Positions 42,901-57,900 of a stretch of 64,000 bases of DNA are shown here, piece after piece. The position numbers were made by a program, and so were the translations under genes. The stretch's first letter is position 1; every line of letters begins with the position of its first letter. Source of the stretch: Eledone cirrhosa (lineage: Eukaryota); NCBI GenBank assembly GCA_964016885.1, contig OZ024745.1, positions 91,884,001 through 91,948,000 on the forward strand, read 5' to 3'. The notes under the pieces were generated by a model, which saw only the letters and a list, made by a program, of their open reading frames with translations, ran no database searches and was not told the origin of the DNA.

Positions 42901-45900
42901 TATTACTCTGTCTGAGTATCAAACAGCTCCACTAGATACAGTAAGTTTTATTACTCTGCCTGAGTATCAAACAGCTCCACTAGATACAGTAAGTTATATT
43001 ACTCTGCCTGAATATCAAACAGCTCCACTAGAGACAGTAAGTTATATTACTCTGCCTGAGTATCAAACAGCTCCACTAGATAAACTAAGTTATATTACTC
43101 TGCCTGAGTATCAAACAGCTCCACTAGATACAGTAAGTTATATTACTCTGTCTGAGTATCAAACAGCTCCACTAGATACAGTAAGTTATGTTATTCTGTC
43201 TGAGTATCAAACAGCTCCACTAGATACAGTAAGTTATATTACTCTGTCTGAGTATCAAACAGCTCCACTAGATACAGTAAGTTTTATTACTCTGCCTGAG
43301 TATCAAACAGCTCCACTAGATACAGTAAGTTATGTTATTCTGTCTGAGTATCAAACAGCTCCACTAGATACAGTAAGTTATATTACTCTGTCTGAGTATC
43401 AAACAGCTCCACTAGATACAGTAAGTTATATTACTCTGCCTGAGTATCAAACAGCTCCACTAGATACAGTAAGTTATATTACTCTGCCTGAGTATCAAAC
43501 AGCTCCACTAGATACAGTAAGTTATATTACTCTGTCTGAGTATCAAACAGCTCCACTAGATACAGTAGGTTATATTACTCTGCCTGAGTATCAAACAGCT
43601 CCCCTAGATACAGTAGGTTATATTACTCTGTCTGAGTATCAAACAGCTCCACTAGATACAGTAATTATATTACTCTGTCTGAGTATCAAACATCTCCACT
43701 AGATACAGTAAGTTATATTACTCTGCCTGAGTTTCAAACAGCTCCACTAGATACAGTAAGTTATATTACTCTGCCTGAGTATCAAGCAGCTGCACTAGAT
43801 ACAGTAAGTTATATTACTCTGTCTGAGTATCAAACAGCTCCACTAGATACAGTAAGTTTTATTACTCTGCCTGAGTATCAAACAGCTCCACTAGATACAG
43901 TAAGTTATATTACTCTGCCTGAGTATCAAACAGCTCCACTAGATACAGTAAGTTATATTACTCTGCCTGAGTATCAAACAGCTCCACTAGATACAGTAAG
44001 TTATATTACTCTGCCTGAGTATCAAGCAGCTCCACTAGATACAGTAAGTTATATTACTCTGCCTGAATATCAAACAGCTCCACTAGAGACAGTAAGTTAT
44101 ATTACTCTGTCTGAGTATCAAACAGCTCCACTAGATACAGTAAGTTATATTACTCTGTCTGAGTATCAAACAGCTCCACTAGATACTGTAAGTTATATTA
44201 CTCTGTCTGCATATCAAACAGCTCCACTATATACAGTAAGTTATATTCCTCTGTCTGAGTATCAAACAGCTCCACTAGATACAGTAAGTTATATTACTCT
44301 GCCTGAGTATGAAACAGCTCCACTAGATAAACTAAGTTATATTACTCTGCCTGAGTATCAAACAGCTCCACTAGATACAGTAAGTTATATTACTCTGTCT
44401 GAGTATCAAACAGCTCCACTAGATACAGTAAGTTATATTACTCTGCCTGAGTATCAAACAGCTCCACTTGATACAGTAAGTTATATTACTCTGTCTGATT
44501 ATCAAACAGCTCCCCCAGATACAGTAAGTTATTTTACTCTGCCTGAGTATCAAACAGCTCCACTAGATACAGTAAGTTATATTATTCTGTCTGAGTATCA
44601 AACAGCTCCACTAGATACAGTAAGTTATATTACTCTGTCTGAGTATCAAACCGCTCCACTAGATACAGTAAGTTATATTACTCTGCCTGAGTATCAAACA
44701 GCTCCACTAGATACAGTAAGTTATATTACTCTGTCTGATTATCAAACAGCTCCACTAGATACAGTAAGTTATATTACTCTGCCTGAGTATCAAACAGCTC
44801 CCCCAGATACAGTAAGTTATATTACTCTGCCTGAGTATCAAACAGCTCCACTAGATACAGTAAGTTATATTATTCTGTCTGAGTATCAAACAGCTCCACT
44901 AGATACAGTAAGTTATATTACTCTGTCTGAGTATCAAACAGCTCCACTAGATACAGTAAGTGATATTACTCTGCCTCAGTATCAAACAGCTCCACTAGAT
45001 ACAGTAAGTTATATTACTCAGCCTGAGTATCAAACAGCTCCACTAGATACAGTAAGTTATATTACTCTGTCTGAGTATCAAACAGCTCCACTATATACAG
45101 TAGGTTATATTACTCTGCCTGAGTATCAAACAGCTCCCCTAGATACAGTAGGTTATATTACTCTGCCTGAGTATCAAACAGCTCCACTAGATACAGTAAG
45201 TTATATTACTCTGCCTGAGTATCAAACAGCTCCACTAGATACAGTAAGTTATATTACTCTGCCTGAGTATCAAACAGCTCCACTAGATACAGTAAGTTAT
45301 ATTACTCTGCCTGAGTATCAAGCAGCTCCACTAGATACAGTAAGTTATATTACTCTGTCTGAGTATCAAACAGCTCCACTAGATACAGTAAGTTTTATTA
45401 CTCTGCCTGAGTATCAAACAGCTCCACTAGATACAGTAAGTTATATTACTCTGCCTGAATATCAAACAGCTCCACTAGAGACAGTAAGTTATATTACTCT
45501 GCCTGAGTATCAAACAGCTCCACTAGATAAACTAAGTTATATTACTCTGCCTGAGTATCAAACAGCTCCACTAGATACAGTAAGTTATATTACTCTGTCT
45601 GAGTATCAAACAGCTCCACTAGATAAAGTAAGTTATATTACTCTGCCTGAGTATCAAGCAGCTCCACTAGATACAGTAAGTTATATTACTCTGTCTGATT
45701 ATCAAACAGCTCCACTAGATACAGTAAGTTATATTACTCTGTCTGAGTATCAAACAGCTCCACTAGATACAGTAAGTTATATTACTCTGCCTGAGTATCA
45801 AACAGCTCCACTAGATACAGTAAGTTATATTACTCTGTCTGAGTATCAAACACCTCCACTAAATACAGTAAGTTATATTACTCTGTCTGCGTATCAAACA

Positions 45901-48900
45901 GCTCCACTAGATACAGTAAGTTATATTACTCTGTCTGAGTATCAAACAGCTCCACTAGATAAAGTAAGTTATATTACTCTGCCTGAGTATCAAACAGCTC
46001 CACTAAATACTGTAAGTTATATTACTCTGTCTGCGTATCAAACAGCTCCACTAGATACAGTAAGTTATATTACTCTGTCTGAGTATCAAACCGCTCCACT
46101 AGATACAGTAAGTTATATTACTGTGCCTGAGTATCAAACAGCTCCACTAGATAAAGTAAGTTATATTACTCTGCCTGAGTATCAAACAGCTCCACTAGAT
46201 AAAGTAAGTTATATTACTCTGCCTGAGTATCAAACAGCTCCACTAGATACAGTAAGTTATATTACTCTGCCTGAGTATCAAACAGCTCCACTAGATACAG
46301 TAAGTTATATTACTCTGTCTGATTATCAAACAGCTCCACTAGATACAGTAAGTTATATTACTCTGCCTGAGTATCAAACAGCTCCACTAGATACAGTAAG
46401 TTATATTACTCTGCCTGAATATCAAACAGCTCCACTAGAGACAGTAAGTTATATTACTCTGCCTGAGTATCAAACAGCTCCACTAGATAAACTAAGTTAT
46501 ATTACTCTGCCTGAGTATCAAACAGCTCCACTAGATACAGTAAGTTATATTACTCTGTCTGAGTATCAAACAGCTCCACTAGATACAGTAAGTTATATTA
46601 CTCTGCCTGAGTATCAAGCAGCTCCACTAGATACAGTAAGTTATATTACTCTGTCTGATTATCAAACAGCTCCACTAGATACAGTAAGTTATATTACTCT
46701 GTCTGAGTATCAAACAGCTCCACTAGATACAGTAAGTTATATTACTCTGCCTGAGTATCAAACAGCTCCACTAGATACAGTAAGTTATATTACTCTGTCT
46801 GAGTATCAAACACCTCCACTAAATACAGTAAGTTATATTACTCTGTCTGCGTATCAAACAGCTCCACTAGATACAGTAAGTTATATTACTCTGTCTGAGT
46901 ATCTAACAGCTCCACTAGATAAAGTAAGTTATATTACTCTGCCTGAGTATCAAACAGCTCCACTAGATACTGTAAGTTATATTACTCTGTCTGCGTATCA
47001 AACAGCTCCACTAGATACAGTAAGTTATATTACTCTGTCTGAGTATCAAACCGCTCCACTAGATACAGTAAGTTATATTACTGTGCCTGAGTATCAAACA
47101 GCTCCACTAGATAAAGTAAGTTATATTACTCTGCCTGAGTATCAAACAGCTCCACTAGATAAAGTAAGTTATATTACTCTGCCTGAGTATCAAACAGCTC
47201 CACTAGATACAGTAAGTTATATTACTCTGCCTGAGTATCAAACAGCTCCACTAGATACAGTAAGTTATATTACTCTGTCTGATTATCAAACAGCTCCACT
47301 AGATACAGTAAGTTATATTACTCTGCCTGAGTATCAAACAGCTCCCCCAGATACAGTAAGTTGTATTACTCTGCCTGAGTATCAAACAGCTCCACTAGAT
47401 ACAGTAAGTTATGTTATTCTGTCTGAGTATCAAACAGCTCCACTAGATACAGTAAGTTATATTACTCTGTCTGAGTATCAAACAGCTCCACTAGATACAG
47501 TAAGTTATATTACTCTGCCTGAGTATCAAACAGCTCCACTAGATACAGTAAGTTATATTACTCTGCCTGAGTATCAAACAGCTCCACTAGATACAGTAAG
47601 TTATATTACTCTGTCTGAGTATCAAACAGCTCCACTAGATACAGTAGGTTATATTACTCTGCCTGAGTATCAAACAGCTCCCCTAGATACAGTAGGTTAT
47701 ATTACTCTGTCTGAGTATCAAACAGCTCCACTAGATACAGTAATTATATTACTCTGTCTGAGTATCAAACATCTCCACTAGATACAGTAAGTTATATTAC
47801 TCTGCCTGAGTTTCAAACAGCTCCACTAGATACAGTAAGTTATATTACTCTGCCTGAGTATCAAGCAGCTCCACTAGATACAGTAAGTTATATTACTCTG
47901 TCTGAGTATCAAACAGCTCCACTAGATACAGTAAGTTTTATTACTCTGCCTGAGTATCAAACAGCTCCACTAGATACAGTAAGTTATATTACTCTGCCTG
48001 AGTATCAAACAGCTCCACTAGATACAGTAAGTTATATTACTCTGCCTGAGTATCAAACAGCTCCACTAGATACAGTAAGTTATATTACTCTGCCTGAGTA
48101 TCAAGCAGCTCCACTAGATACAGTAAGTTATATTACTCTGTCTGAGTATCAAACAGCTCCACTAGATACAGTAAGTTTTATTACTCTGCCTGAGTATCAA
48201 ACAGCTCCACTAGATACAGTAAGTTATATTACTCTGCCTGAATATCAAACAGCTCCACTAGAGACAGTAAGTTATATTACTCTGTCTGAGTATCAAACAG
48301 CTCCACTAGATACAGTAAGTTATATTACTCTGTCTGAGTATCAAACAGCTCCACTAGATACTGTAAGTTATATTACTCTGTCTGCATATCAAACAGCTCC
48401 ACTATATACAGTAAGTTATATTCCTCTGTCTGAGTATCAAACAGCTCCACTAGATACAGTAAGTTATATTACTCTGCCTGAGTATCAAACAGCTCCACTA
48501 GATAAACTAAGTTATATTACTCTGCCTGAGTATCAAACAGCTCCACTAGATACAGTAAGTTATATTACTCTGTCTGAGTATCAAACAGCTCCACTAGATA
48601 CAGTAAGTTATATTACTCTGCCTGAGTATCAAACAGCTCCACTTGATACAGTAAGTTATATTACTCTGTCTGATTATCAAACAGCTCCCCCAGATACAGT
48701 AAGTTATTTTACTCTGCCTGAGTATCAAACAGCTCCACTAGATACAGTAAGTTATATTATTCTGTCTGAGTATCAAACAGCTCCACTAGATACAGTAAGT
48801 TATATTACTCTGTCTGAGTATCAAACAGCTCCACTAAATACAGTAAGTTATATTACTCTGTCTGCGTATCAAACAGCTCCACTAGATACAGTAAATTATA

Positions 48901-51900
48901 TTACTCTGTCTGAGTATCAAACAGCTCCACTAGATAAAGTAAGTTATATTACTCTGCCTGAGTATTAAACAGCTCCACTAGATACTGTAAGTTATATTAC
49001 TCTGTCTGCGTATCAAACAGCTCCACTAGATACAGTAAGTTATATTACTCTGTCTGAGTATCAAACCGCTCCACTAGATACAGTAAGTTATATTACTCTG
49101 CCTGAGTATCAAACAGCTCCACTAGATACAGTAAGTTATATTACTCTGTCTGATTATCAAACAGCTCCACTAGATACAGTAAGTTATATTACTCTGCCTG
49201 AGTATCAAACAGCTCCCCCAGATACAGTAAGTTATATTACTCTGCCTGAGTATCAAACAGCTCCACTAGATACAGTAAGTTATATTATTCTGTCTGAGTA
49301 TCAAACAGCTCCACTAGATACAGTAAGTTATATTACTCTGTCTGAGTATCAAACAGCTCCACTAGATACAGTAAGTTATATTACTCTGCCTCAGTATCAA
49401 ACAGCTCCACTAGATACAGTAAGTTATATTACTCAGCCTGAGTATCAAACAGCTCCACTAGATACAGTAAGTTATATTACTCTGTCTGAGTATCAAACAG
49501 CTCCACTATATACAGTAGGTTATATTACTCTGCCTGAGTATCAAACAGCTCCCCTAGATACAGTAGGTTATATTACTCTGCCTGAGTATCAAACAGCTCC
49601 ACTAGATACAGTAAGTTATATTACTCTGCCTGAGTATCAAACAGCTCCACTAGATACAGTAAGTTATATTACTCTGCCTGAGTATCAAACAGCTCCACTA
49701 GATACAGTAAGTTATATTACTCTGCCTGAGTATCAAGCAGCTCCACTAGATACAGTAAGTTATATTACTCTGTCTGAGTATCAAACAGCTCCACTAGATA
49801 CAGTAAGTTTTATTACTCTGCCTGAGTATCAAACAGCTCCACTAGATACAGTAAGTTATATTACTCTGCCTGAATATCAAACAGCTCCACTAGAGACAGT
49901 AATTTATATTACTCTGCCTGAGTATCAAACAGCTCCACTAGATAAACTAAGTTATATTACTCTGCCTGAGTATCAAACAGCTCCACTAGATACAGTAAGT
50001 TATATTACTCTGTCTGAGTATCAAACAGCTCCACTAGATAAAGTAAGTTATATTACTCTGCCTGAGTATCAAGCAGCTCCACTAGATACAGTAAGTTATA
50101 TTACTCTGTCTGATTATCAAACAGCTCCACTAGATACAGTAGGTTATATTACTCTGTCTGAGTATCAAACAGCTCCACTAGATACAGTAAGTTATATTAC
50201 TCTGCCTGAGTATCAAACAGCTCCACTAGATACAGTAAGTTATATTACTCTGTCTGAGTATCAAACACCTCCACTAAATACAGTAAGTTATATTACTCTG
50301 TCTGCGTATCAAACAGCTCCACTAGATACAGTAAGTTATATTACTCTGTCTGAGTATCAAACAGCTCCACTAGATAAAGTAAGTTATATTACTCTGCCTG
50401 AGTATCAAACAGCTCCACTAAATACTGTAAGTTATATTACTCTGTCTGCGTATCAAACAGCTCCACTAGATACAGTAAGTTATATTACTCTGTCTGAGTA
50501 TCAAACCGCTCCACTAGATACAGTAAGTTATATTACTGTGCCTGAGTATCAAACAGCTCCACTAGATAAAGTAAGTTATATTACTCTGCCTGAGTATCAA
50601 ACAGCTCCACTAGATAAAGTAAGTTATATTACTCTGCCTGAGTATCAAACAGCTCCACTAGATACAGTAAGTTATATTACTCTGCCTGAGTATCAAACAG
50701 CTCCACTAGATACAGTAAGTTATATTACTCTGTCTGATTATCAAACAGCTCCACTAGATACAGTAAGTTATATTACTCTGCCTGAGTATCAAACAGCTCC
50801 CCCAGATACAGTAAGTTGTATTACTCTGCCTGAGTATCAAACAGCTCCACTAGATACAGTAAGTTATGTTATTCTGTCTGAGTATCAAACAGCTCCACTA
50901 GATACAGTAAGTTATATTACTCTGTCTGAGTATCAAACAGCTCCACTAGATACAGTAAGTTATATTACTCTGCCTGAGTATCAAACAGCTCCACTAGATA
51001 CAGTAAGTTATATTACTCTGCCTGAGTATCAAACAGCTCCACTAGATACAGTAAGTTATATTACTCTGCCTGAGTATCAAGCAGCTCCACTAGATACAGT
51101 AAGTTATATTACTCTGTCTGAGTATCAAACAGCTCCACTAGATACAGTAAGTTTTATTACTCTGCCTGAGTATCAAACAGCTCCACTAGATACAGTAAGT
51201 TATATTACTCTGCCTGAATATCAAACAGCTCCACTAGAGACAGTAAGTTATATTACTCTGCCTGAGTATCAAACAGCTCCACTAGATAAACTAAGTTATA
51301 TTACTCTGCCTGAGTATCAAACAGCTCCACTAGATACAGTAAGTTATATTACTCTGTCTGAGTATCAAACAGCTCCACTAGATACAGTAAGTTATGTTAT
51401 TCTGTCTGAGTATCAAACAGCTCCACTAGATACAGTAAGTTATATTACTCTGTCTGAGTATCAAACAGCTCCACTAGATACAGTAAGTTTTATTACTCTG
51501 CCTGAGTATCAAACAGCTCCACTAGATACAGTAAGTTATGTTATTCTGTCTGAGTATCAAACAGCTCCACTAGATACAGTAAGTTATATTACTCTGTCTG
51601 AGTATCAAACAGCTCCACTAGATACAGTAAGTTATATTACTCTGCCTGAGTATCAAACAGCTCCACTAGATACAGTAAGTTATATTACTCTGCCTGAGTA
51701 TCAAACAGCTCCACTAGATACAGTAAGTTATATTACTCTGTCTGAGTATCAAACAGCTCCACTAGATACAGTAGGTTATATTACTCTGCCTGAGTATCAA
51801 ACAGCTCCCCTAGATACAGTAGGTTATATTACTCTGTCTGAGTATCAAACAGCTCCACTAGATACAGTAATTATATTACTCTGTCTGAGTATCAAACATC

Positions 51901-54900
51901 TCCACTAGATACAGTAAGTTATATTACTCTGCCTGAGTTTCAAACAGCTCCACTAGATACAGTAAGTTATATTACTCTGCCTGAGTATCAAGCAGCTGCA
52001 CTAGATACAGTAAGTTATATTACTCTGTCTGAGTATCAAACAGCTCCACTAGATACAGTAAGTTTTATTACTCTGCCTGAGTATCAAACAGCTCCACTAG
52101 ATACAGTAAGTTATATTATTCTGTCTGAGTATCAAACAGCTCCACTAGATACAGTAAGTTATATTACTCTGTCTGAGTATCAAACAGCTCCACTAAATAC
52201 AGTAAGTTATATTACTCTGTCTGCGTATCAAACAGCTCCACTAGATACAGTAAGTTATATTACTCTGTCTGAGTATCAAACAGCTCCACTAGATAAAGTA
52301 AGTTATATTACTCTGCCTGAGTATTAAACAGCTCCACTAGATACTGTAAGTTATATTACTCTGTCTGCGTATCAAACAGCTCCACTAGATACAGTAAGTT
52401 ATATTACTCTGTCTGAGTATCAAACCGCTCCACTAGATACAGTAAGTTATATTACTCTGCCTGAGTATCAAACAGCTCCACTAGATACAGTAAGTTATAT
52501 TACTCTGTCTGATTATCAAACAGCTCCACTAGATACAGTAAGTTATATTACTCTGCCTGAGTATCAAACAGCTCCCCCAGATACAGTAAGTTATATTACT
52601 CTGCCTGAGTATCAAACAGCTCCACTAGATACAGTAAGTTATATTATTCTGTCTGAGTATCAAACAGCTCCACTAGATACAGTAAGTTATATTACTCTGT
52701 CTGAGTATCAAACAGCTCCACTAGATACAGTAAGTGATATTACTCTGCCTCAGTATCAAACAGCTCCACTAGATACAGTAAGTTATATTACTCAGCCTGA
52801 GTATCAAACAGCTCCACTAGATACAGTAAGTTATATTACTCTGTCTGAGTATCAAACAGCTCCACTATATACAGTAGGTTATATTACTCTGCCTGAGTAT
52901 CAAACAGCTCCCCTAGATACAGTAGGTTATATTACTCTGCCTGAGTATCAAACAGCTCCACTAGATACAGTAAGTTATATTACTCTGCCTGAGTATCAAA
53001 CAGCTCCACTAGATACAGTAAGTTATATTACTCTGCCTGAGTATCAAACAGCTCCACTAGATACAGTAAGTTATATTACTCTGCCTGAGTATCAAGCAGC
53101 TCCACTAGATACAGTAAGTTATATTACTCTGTCTGAGTATCAAACAGCTCCACTAGATACAGTAAGTTTTATTACTCTGCCTGAGTATCAAACAGCTCCA
53201 CTAGATACAGTAAGTTATATTACTCTGCCTGAATATCAAACAGCTCCACTAGAGACAGTAAGTTATATTACTCTGCCTGAGTATCAAACAGCTCCACTAG
53301 ATAAACTAAGTTATATTACTCTGCCTGAGTATCAAACAGCTCCACTAGATACAGTAAGTTATATTACCCTGTCTGAGTATCAAACAGCTCCACTAGATAA
53401 AGTAAGTTATATTACTCTGCCTGAGTATCAAGCAGCTCCACTAGATACAGTAAGTTATATTACTCTGTCTGATTATCAAACAGCTCCACTAGATACAGTA
53501 AGTTATATTACTCTGTCTGAGTATCAAACAGCTCCACTAGATACAGTAAGTTATATTACTCTGCCTGAGTATCAAACAGCTCCACTAGATACAGTAAGTT
53601 ATATTACTCTGTCTGAGTATCAAACACCTCCACTAAATACAGTAAGTTATATTACTCTGTCTGCGTATCAAACAGCTCCACTAGATACAGTAAGTTATAT
53701 TACTCTGTCTGAGTATCAAACAGCTCCACTAGATAAAGTAAGTTATATTACTCTGCCTGAGTATCAAACAGCTCCACTAAATACTGTAAGTTATATTACT
53801 CTGTCTGCGTATCAAACAGCTCCACTAGATACAGTAAGTTATATTACTCTGTCTGAGTATCAAACCGCTCCACTAGATACAGTAAGTTATATTACTGTGC
53901 CTGAGTATCAAACAGCTCCACTAGATAAAGTAAGTTATATTACTCTGCCTGAGTATCAAACAGCTCCACTAGATAAAGTAAGTTATATTACTCTGCCTGA
54001 GTATCAAACAGCTCCACTAGATACAGTAAGTTATATTACTCTGCCTGAGTATCAAACAGCTCCACTAGATACAGTAAGTTATATTACTCTGTCTGATTAT
54101 CAAACAGCTCCACTAGATACAGTAAGTTATATTACTCTGCCTGAGTATCAAACAGCTCCACTAGATACAGTAAGTTATATTACTCTGCCTGAATATCAAA
54201 CAGCTCCACTAGAGACAGTAAGTTATATTACTCTGCCTGAGTATCAAACAGCTCCACTAGATAAACTAAGTTATATTACTCTGCCTGAGTATCAAACAGC
54301 TCCACTAGATACAGTAAGTTATATTACTCTGTCTGAGTATCAAACAGCTCCACTAGATACAGTAAGTTATATTACTCTGCCTGAGTATCAAGCAGCTCCA
54401 CTAGATACAGTAAGTTATATTACTCTGTCTGATTATCAAACAGCTCCACTAGATACAGTAAGTTATATTACTCTGTCTGAGTATCAAACAGCTCCACTAG
54501 ATACAGTAAGTTATATTACTCTGCCTGAGTATCAAACAGCTCCACTAGATACAGTAAGTTATATTACTCTGTCTGAGTATCAAACACCTCCACTAAATAC
54601 AGTAAGTTATATTACTCTGTCTGCGTATCAAACAGCTCCACTAGATACAGTAAGTTATATTACTCTGTCTGAGTATCTAACAGCTCCACTAGATAAAGTA
54701 AGTTATATTACTCTGCCTGAGTATCAAACAGCTCCACTAGATACTGTAAGTTATATTACTCTGTCTGCGTATCAAACAGCTCCACTAGATACAGTAAGTT
54801 ATATTACTCTGTCTGAGTATCAAACCGCTCCACTAGATACAGTAAGTTATATTACTGTGCCTGAGTATCAAACAGCTCCACTAGATAAAGTAAGTTATAT

Positions 54901-57900
54901 TACTCTGCCTGAGTATCAAACAGCTCCACTAGATAAAGTAAGTTATATTACTCTGCCTGAGTATCAAACAGCTCCACTAGATACAGTAAGTTATATTACT
55001 CTGCCTGAGTATCAAACAGCTCCACTAGATACAGTAAGTTATATTACTCTGTCTGATTATCAAACAGCTCCACTAGATACAGTAAGTTATATTACTCTGC
55101 CTGAGTATCAAACAGCTCCCCCAGATACAGTAAGTTGTATTACTCTGCCTGAGTATCAAACAGCTCCACTAGATACAGTAAGTTATGTTATTCTGTCTGA
55201 GTATCAAACAGCTCCACTAGATACAGTAAGTTATATTACTCTGTCTGAGTATCAAACAGCTCCACTAGATACAGTAAGTTATATTACTCTGCCTGAGTAT
55301 CAAACAGCTCCACTAGATACAGTAAGTTATATTACTCTGCCTGAGTATCAAACAGCTCCACTAGATACAGTAAGTTATATTACTCTGTCTGAGTATCAAA
55401 CAGCTCCACTAGATACAGTAGGTTATATTACTCTGCCTGAGTATCAAACAGCTCCCCTAGATACAGTAGGTTATATTACTCTGTCTGAGTATCAAACAGC
55501 TCCACTAGATACAGTAATTATATTACTCTGTCTGAGTATCAAACATCTCCACTAGATACAGTAAGTTATATTACTCTGCCTGAGTTTCAAACAGCTCCAC
55601 TAGATACAGTAAGTTATATTACTCTGCCTGAGTATCAAGCAGCTCCACTAGATACAGTAAGTTATATTACTCTGTCTGAGTATCAAACAGCTCCACTAGA
55701 TACAGTAAGTTTTATTACTCTGCCTGAGTATCAAACAGCTCCACTAGATACAGTAAGTTATATTACTCTGCCTGAGTATCAAACAGCTCCACTAGATACA
55801 GTAAGTTATATTACTCTGCCTGAGTATCAAACAGCTCCACTAGATACAGTAAGTTATATTACTCTGCCTGAGTATCAAGCAGCTCCACTAGATACAGTAA
55901 GTTATATTACTCTGTCTGAGTATCAAACAGCTCCACTAGATACAGTAAGTTTTATTACTCTGCCTGAGTATCAAACAGCTCCACTAGATACAGTAAGTTA
56001 TATTACTCTGCCTGAATATCAAACAGCTCCACTAGAGACAGTAAGTTATATTACTCTGTCTGAGTATCAAACAGCTCCACTAGATACAGTAAGTTATATT
56101 ACTCTGTCTGAGTATCAAACAGCTCCACTAGATACTGTAAGTTATATTACTCTGTCTGCATATCAAACAGCTCCACTATATACAGTAAGTTATATTCCTC
56201 TGTCTGAGTATCAAACAGCTCCACTAGATACAGTAAGTTATATTACTCTGCCTGAGTATCAAACAGCTCCACTAGATAAACTAAGTTATATTACTCTGCC
56301 TGAGTATCAAACAGCTCCACTAGATACAGTAAGTTATATTACTCTGTCTGAGTATCAAACAGCTCCACTAGATACAGTAAGTTATATTACTCTGCCTGAG
56401 TATCAAACAGCTCCACTTGATACAGTAAGTTATATTACTCTGTCTGATTATCAAACAGCTCCCCCAGATACAGTAAGTTATTTTACTCTGCCTGAGTATC
56501 AAACAGCTCCACTAGATACAGTAAGTTATATTATTCTGTCTGAGTATCAAACAGCTCCACTAGATACAGTAAGTTATATTACTCTGTCTGAGTATCAAAC
56601 AGCTCCACTAAATACAGTAAGTTATATTACTCTGTCTGCGTATCAAACAGCTCCACTAGATACAGTAAATTATATTACTCTGTCTGAGTATCAAACAGCT
56701 CCACTAGATAAAGTAAGTTATATTACTCTGCCTGAGTATTAAACAGCTCCACTAGATACTGTAAGTTATATTACTCTGTCTGCGTATCAAACAGCTCCAC
56801 TAGATACAGTAAGTTATATTACTCTGTCTGAGTATCAAACCGCTCCACTAGATACAGTAAGTTATATTACTCTGCCTGAGTATCAAACAGCTCCACTAGA
56901 TACAGTAAGTTATATTACTCTGTCTGATTATCAAACAGCTCCACTAGATACAGTAAGTTATATTACTCTGCCTGAGTATCAAACAGCTCCCCCAGATACA
57001 GTAAGTTATATTACTCTGCCTGAGTATCAAACAGCTCCACTAGATACAGTAAGTTATATTATTCTGTCTGAGTATCAAACAGCTCCACTAGATACAGTAA
57101 GTTATATTACTCTGTCTGAGTATCAAACAGCTCCACTAGATACAGTAAGTTATATTACTCTGCCTCAGTATCAAACAGCTCCACTAGATACAGTAAGTTA
57201 TATTACTCAGCCTGAGTATCAAACAGCTCCACTAGATACAGTAAGTTATATTACTCTGCCTGAGTATCAAACAGCTCCCCTAGATACAGTAGGTTATATT
57301 ACTCTGCCTGAGTATCAAACAGCTCCACTAGATACAGTAAGTTATATTACTCTGCCTGAGTATCAAACAGCTCCACTAGATACAGTAAGTTATATTACTC
57401 TGCCTGAGTATCAAACAGCTCCACTAGATACAGTAAGTTATATTACTCTGCCTGAGTATCAAGCAGCTCCACTAGATACAGTAAGTTATATTACTCTGTC
57501 TGAGTATCAAACAGCTCCACTAGATACAGTAAGTTTTATTACTCTGCCTGAGTATCAAACAGCTCCACTAGATACAGTAAGTTATATTACTCTGCCTGAA
57601 TATCAAACAGCTCCACTAGAGACAGTAATTTATATTACTCTGCCTGAGTATCAAACAGCTCCACTAGATAAACTAAGTTATATTACTCTGCCTGAGTATC
57701 AAACAGCTCCACTAGATACAGTAAGTTATATTACTCTGTCTGAGTATCAAACAGCTCCACTAGATAAAGTAAGTTATATTACTCTGCCTGAGTATCAAGC
57801 AGCTCCACTAGATACAGTAAGTTATATTACTCTGTCTGATTATCAAACAGCTCCACTAGATACAGTAGGTTATATTACTCTGTCTGAGTATCAAACAGCT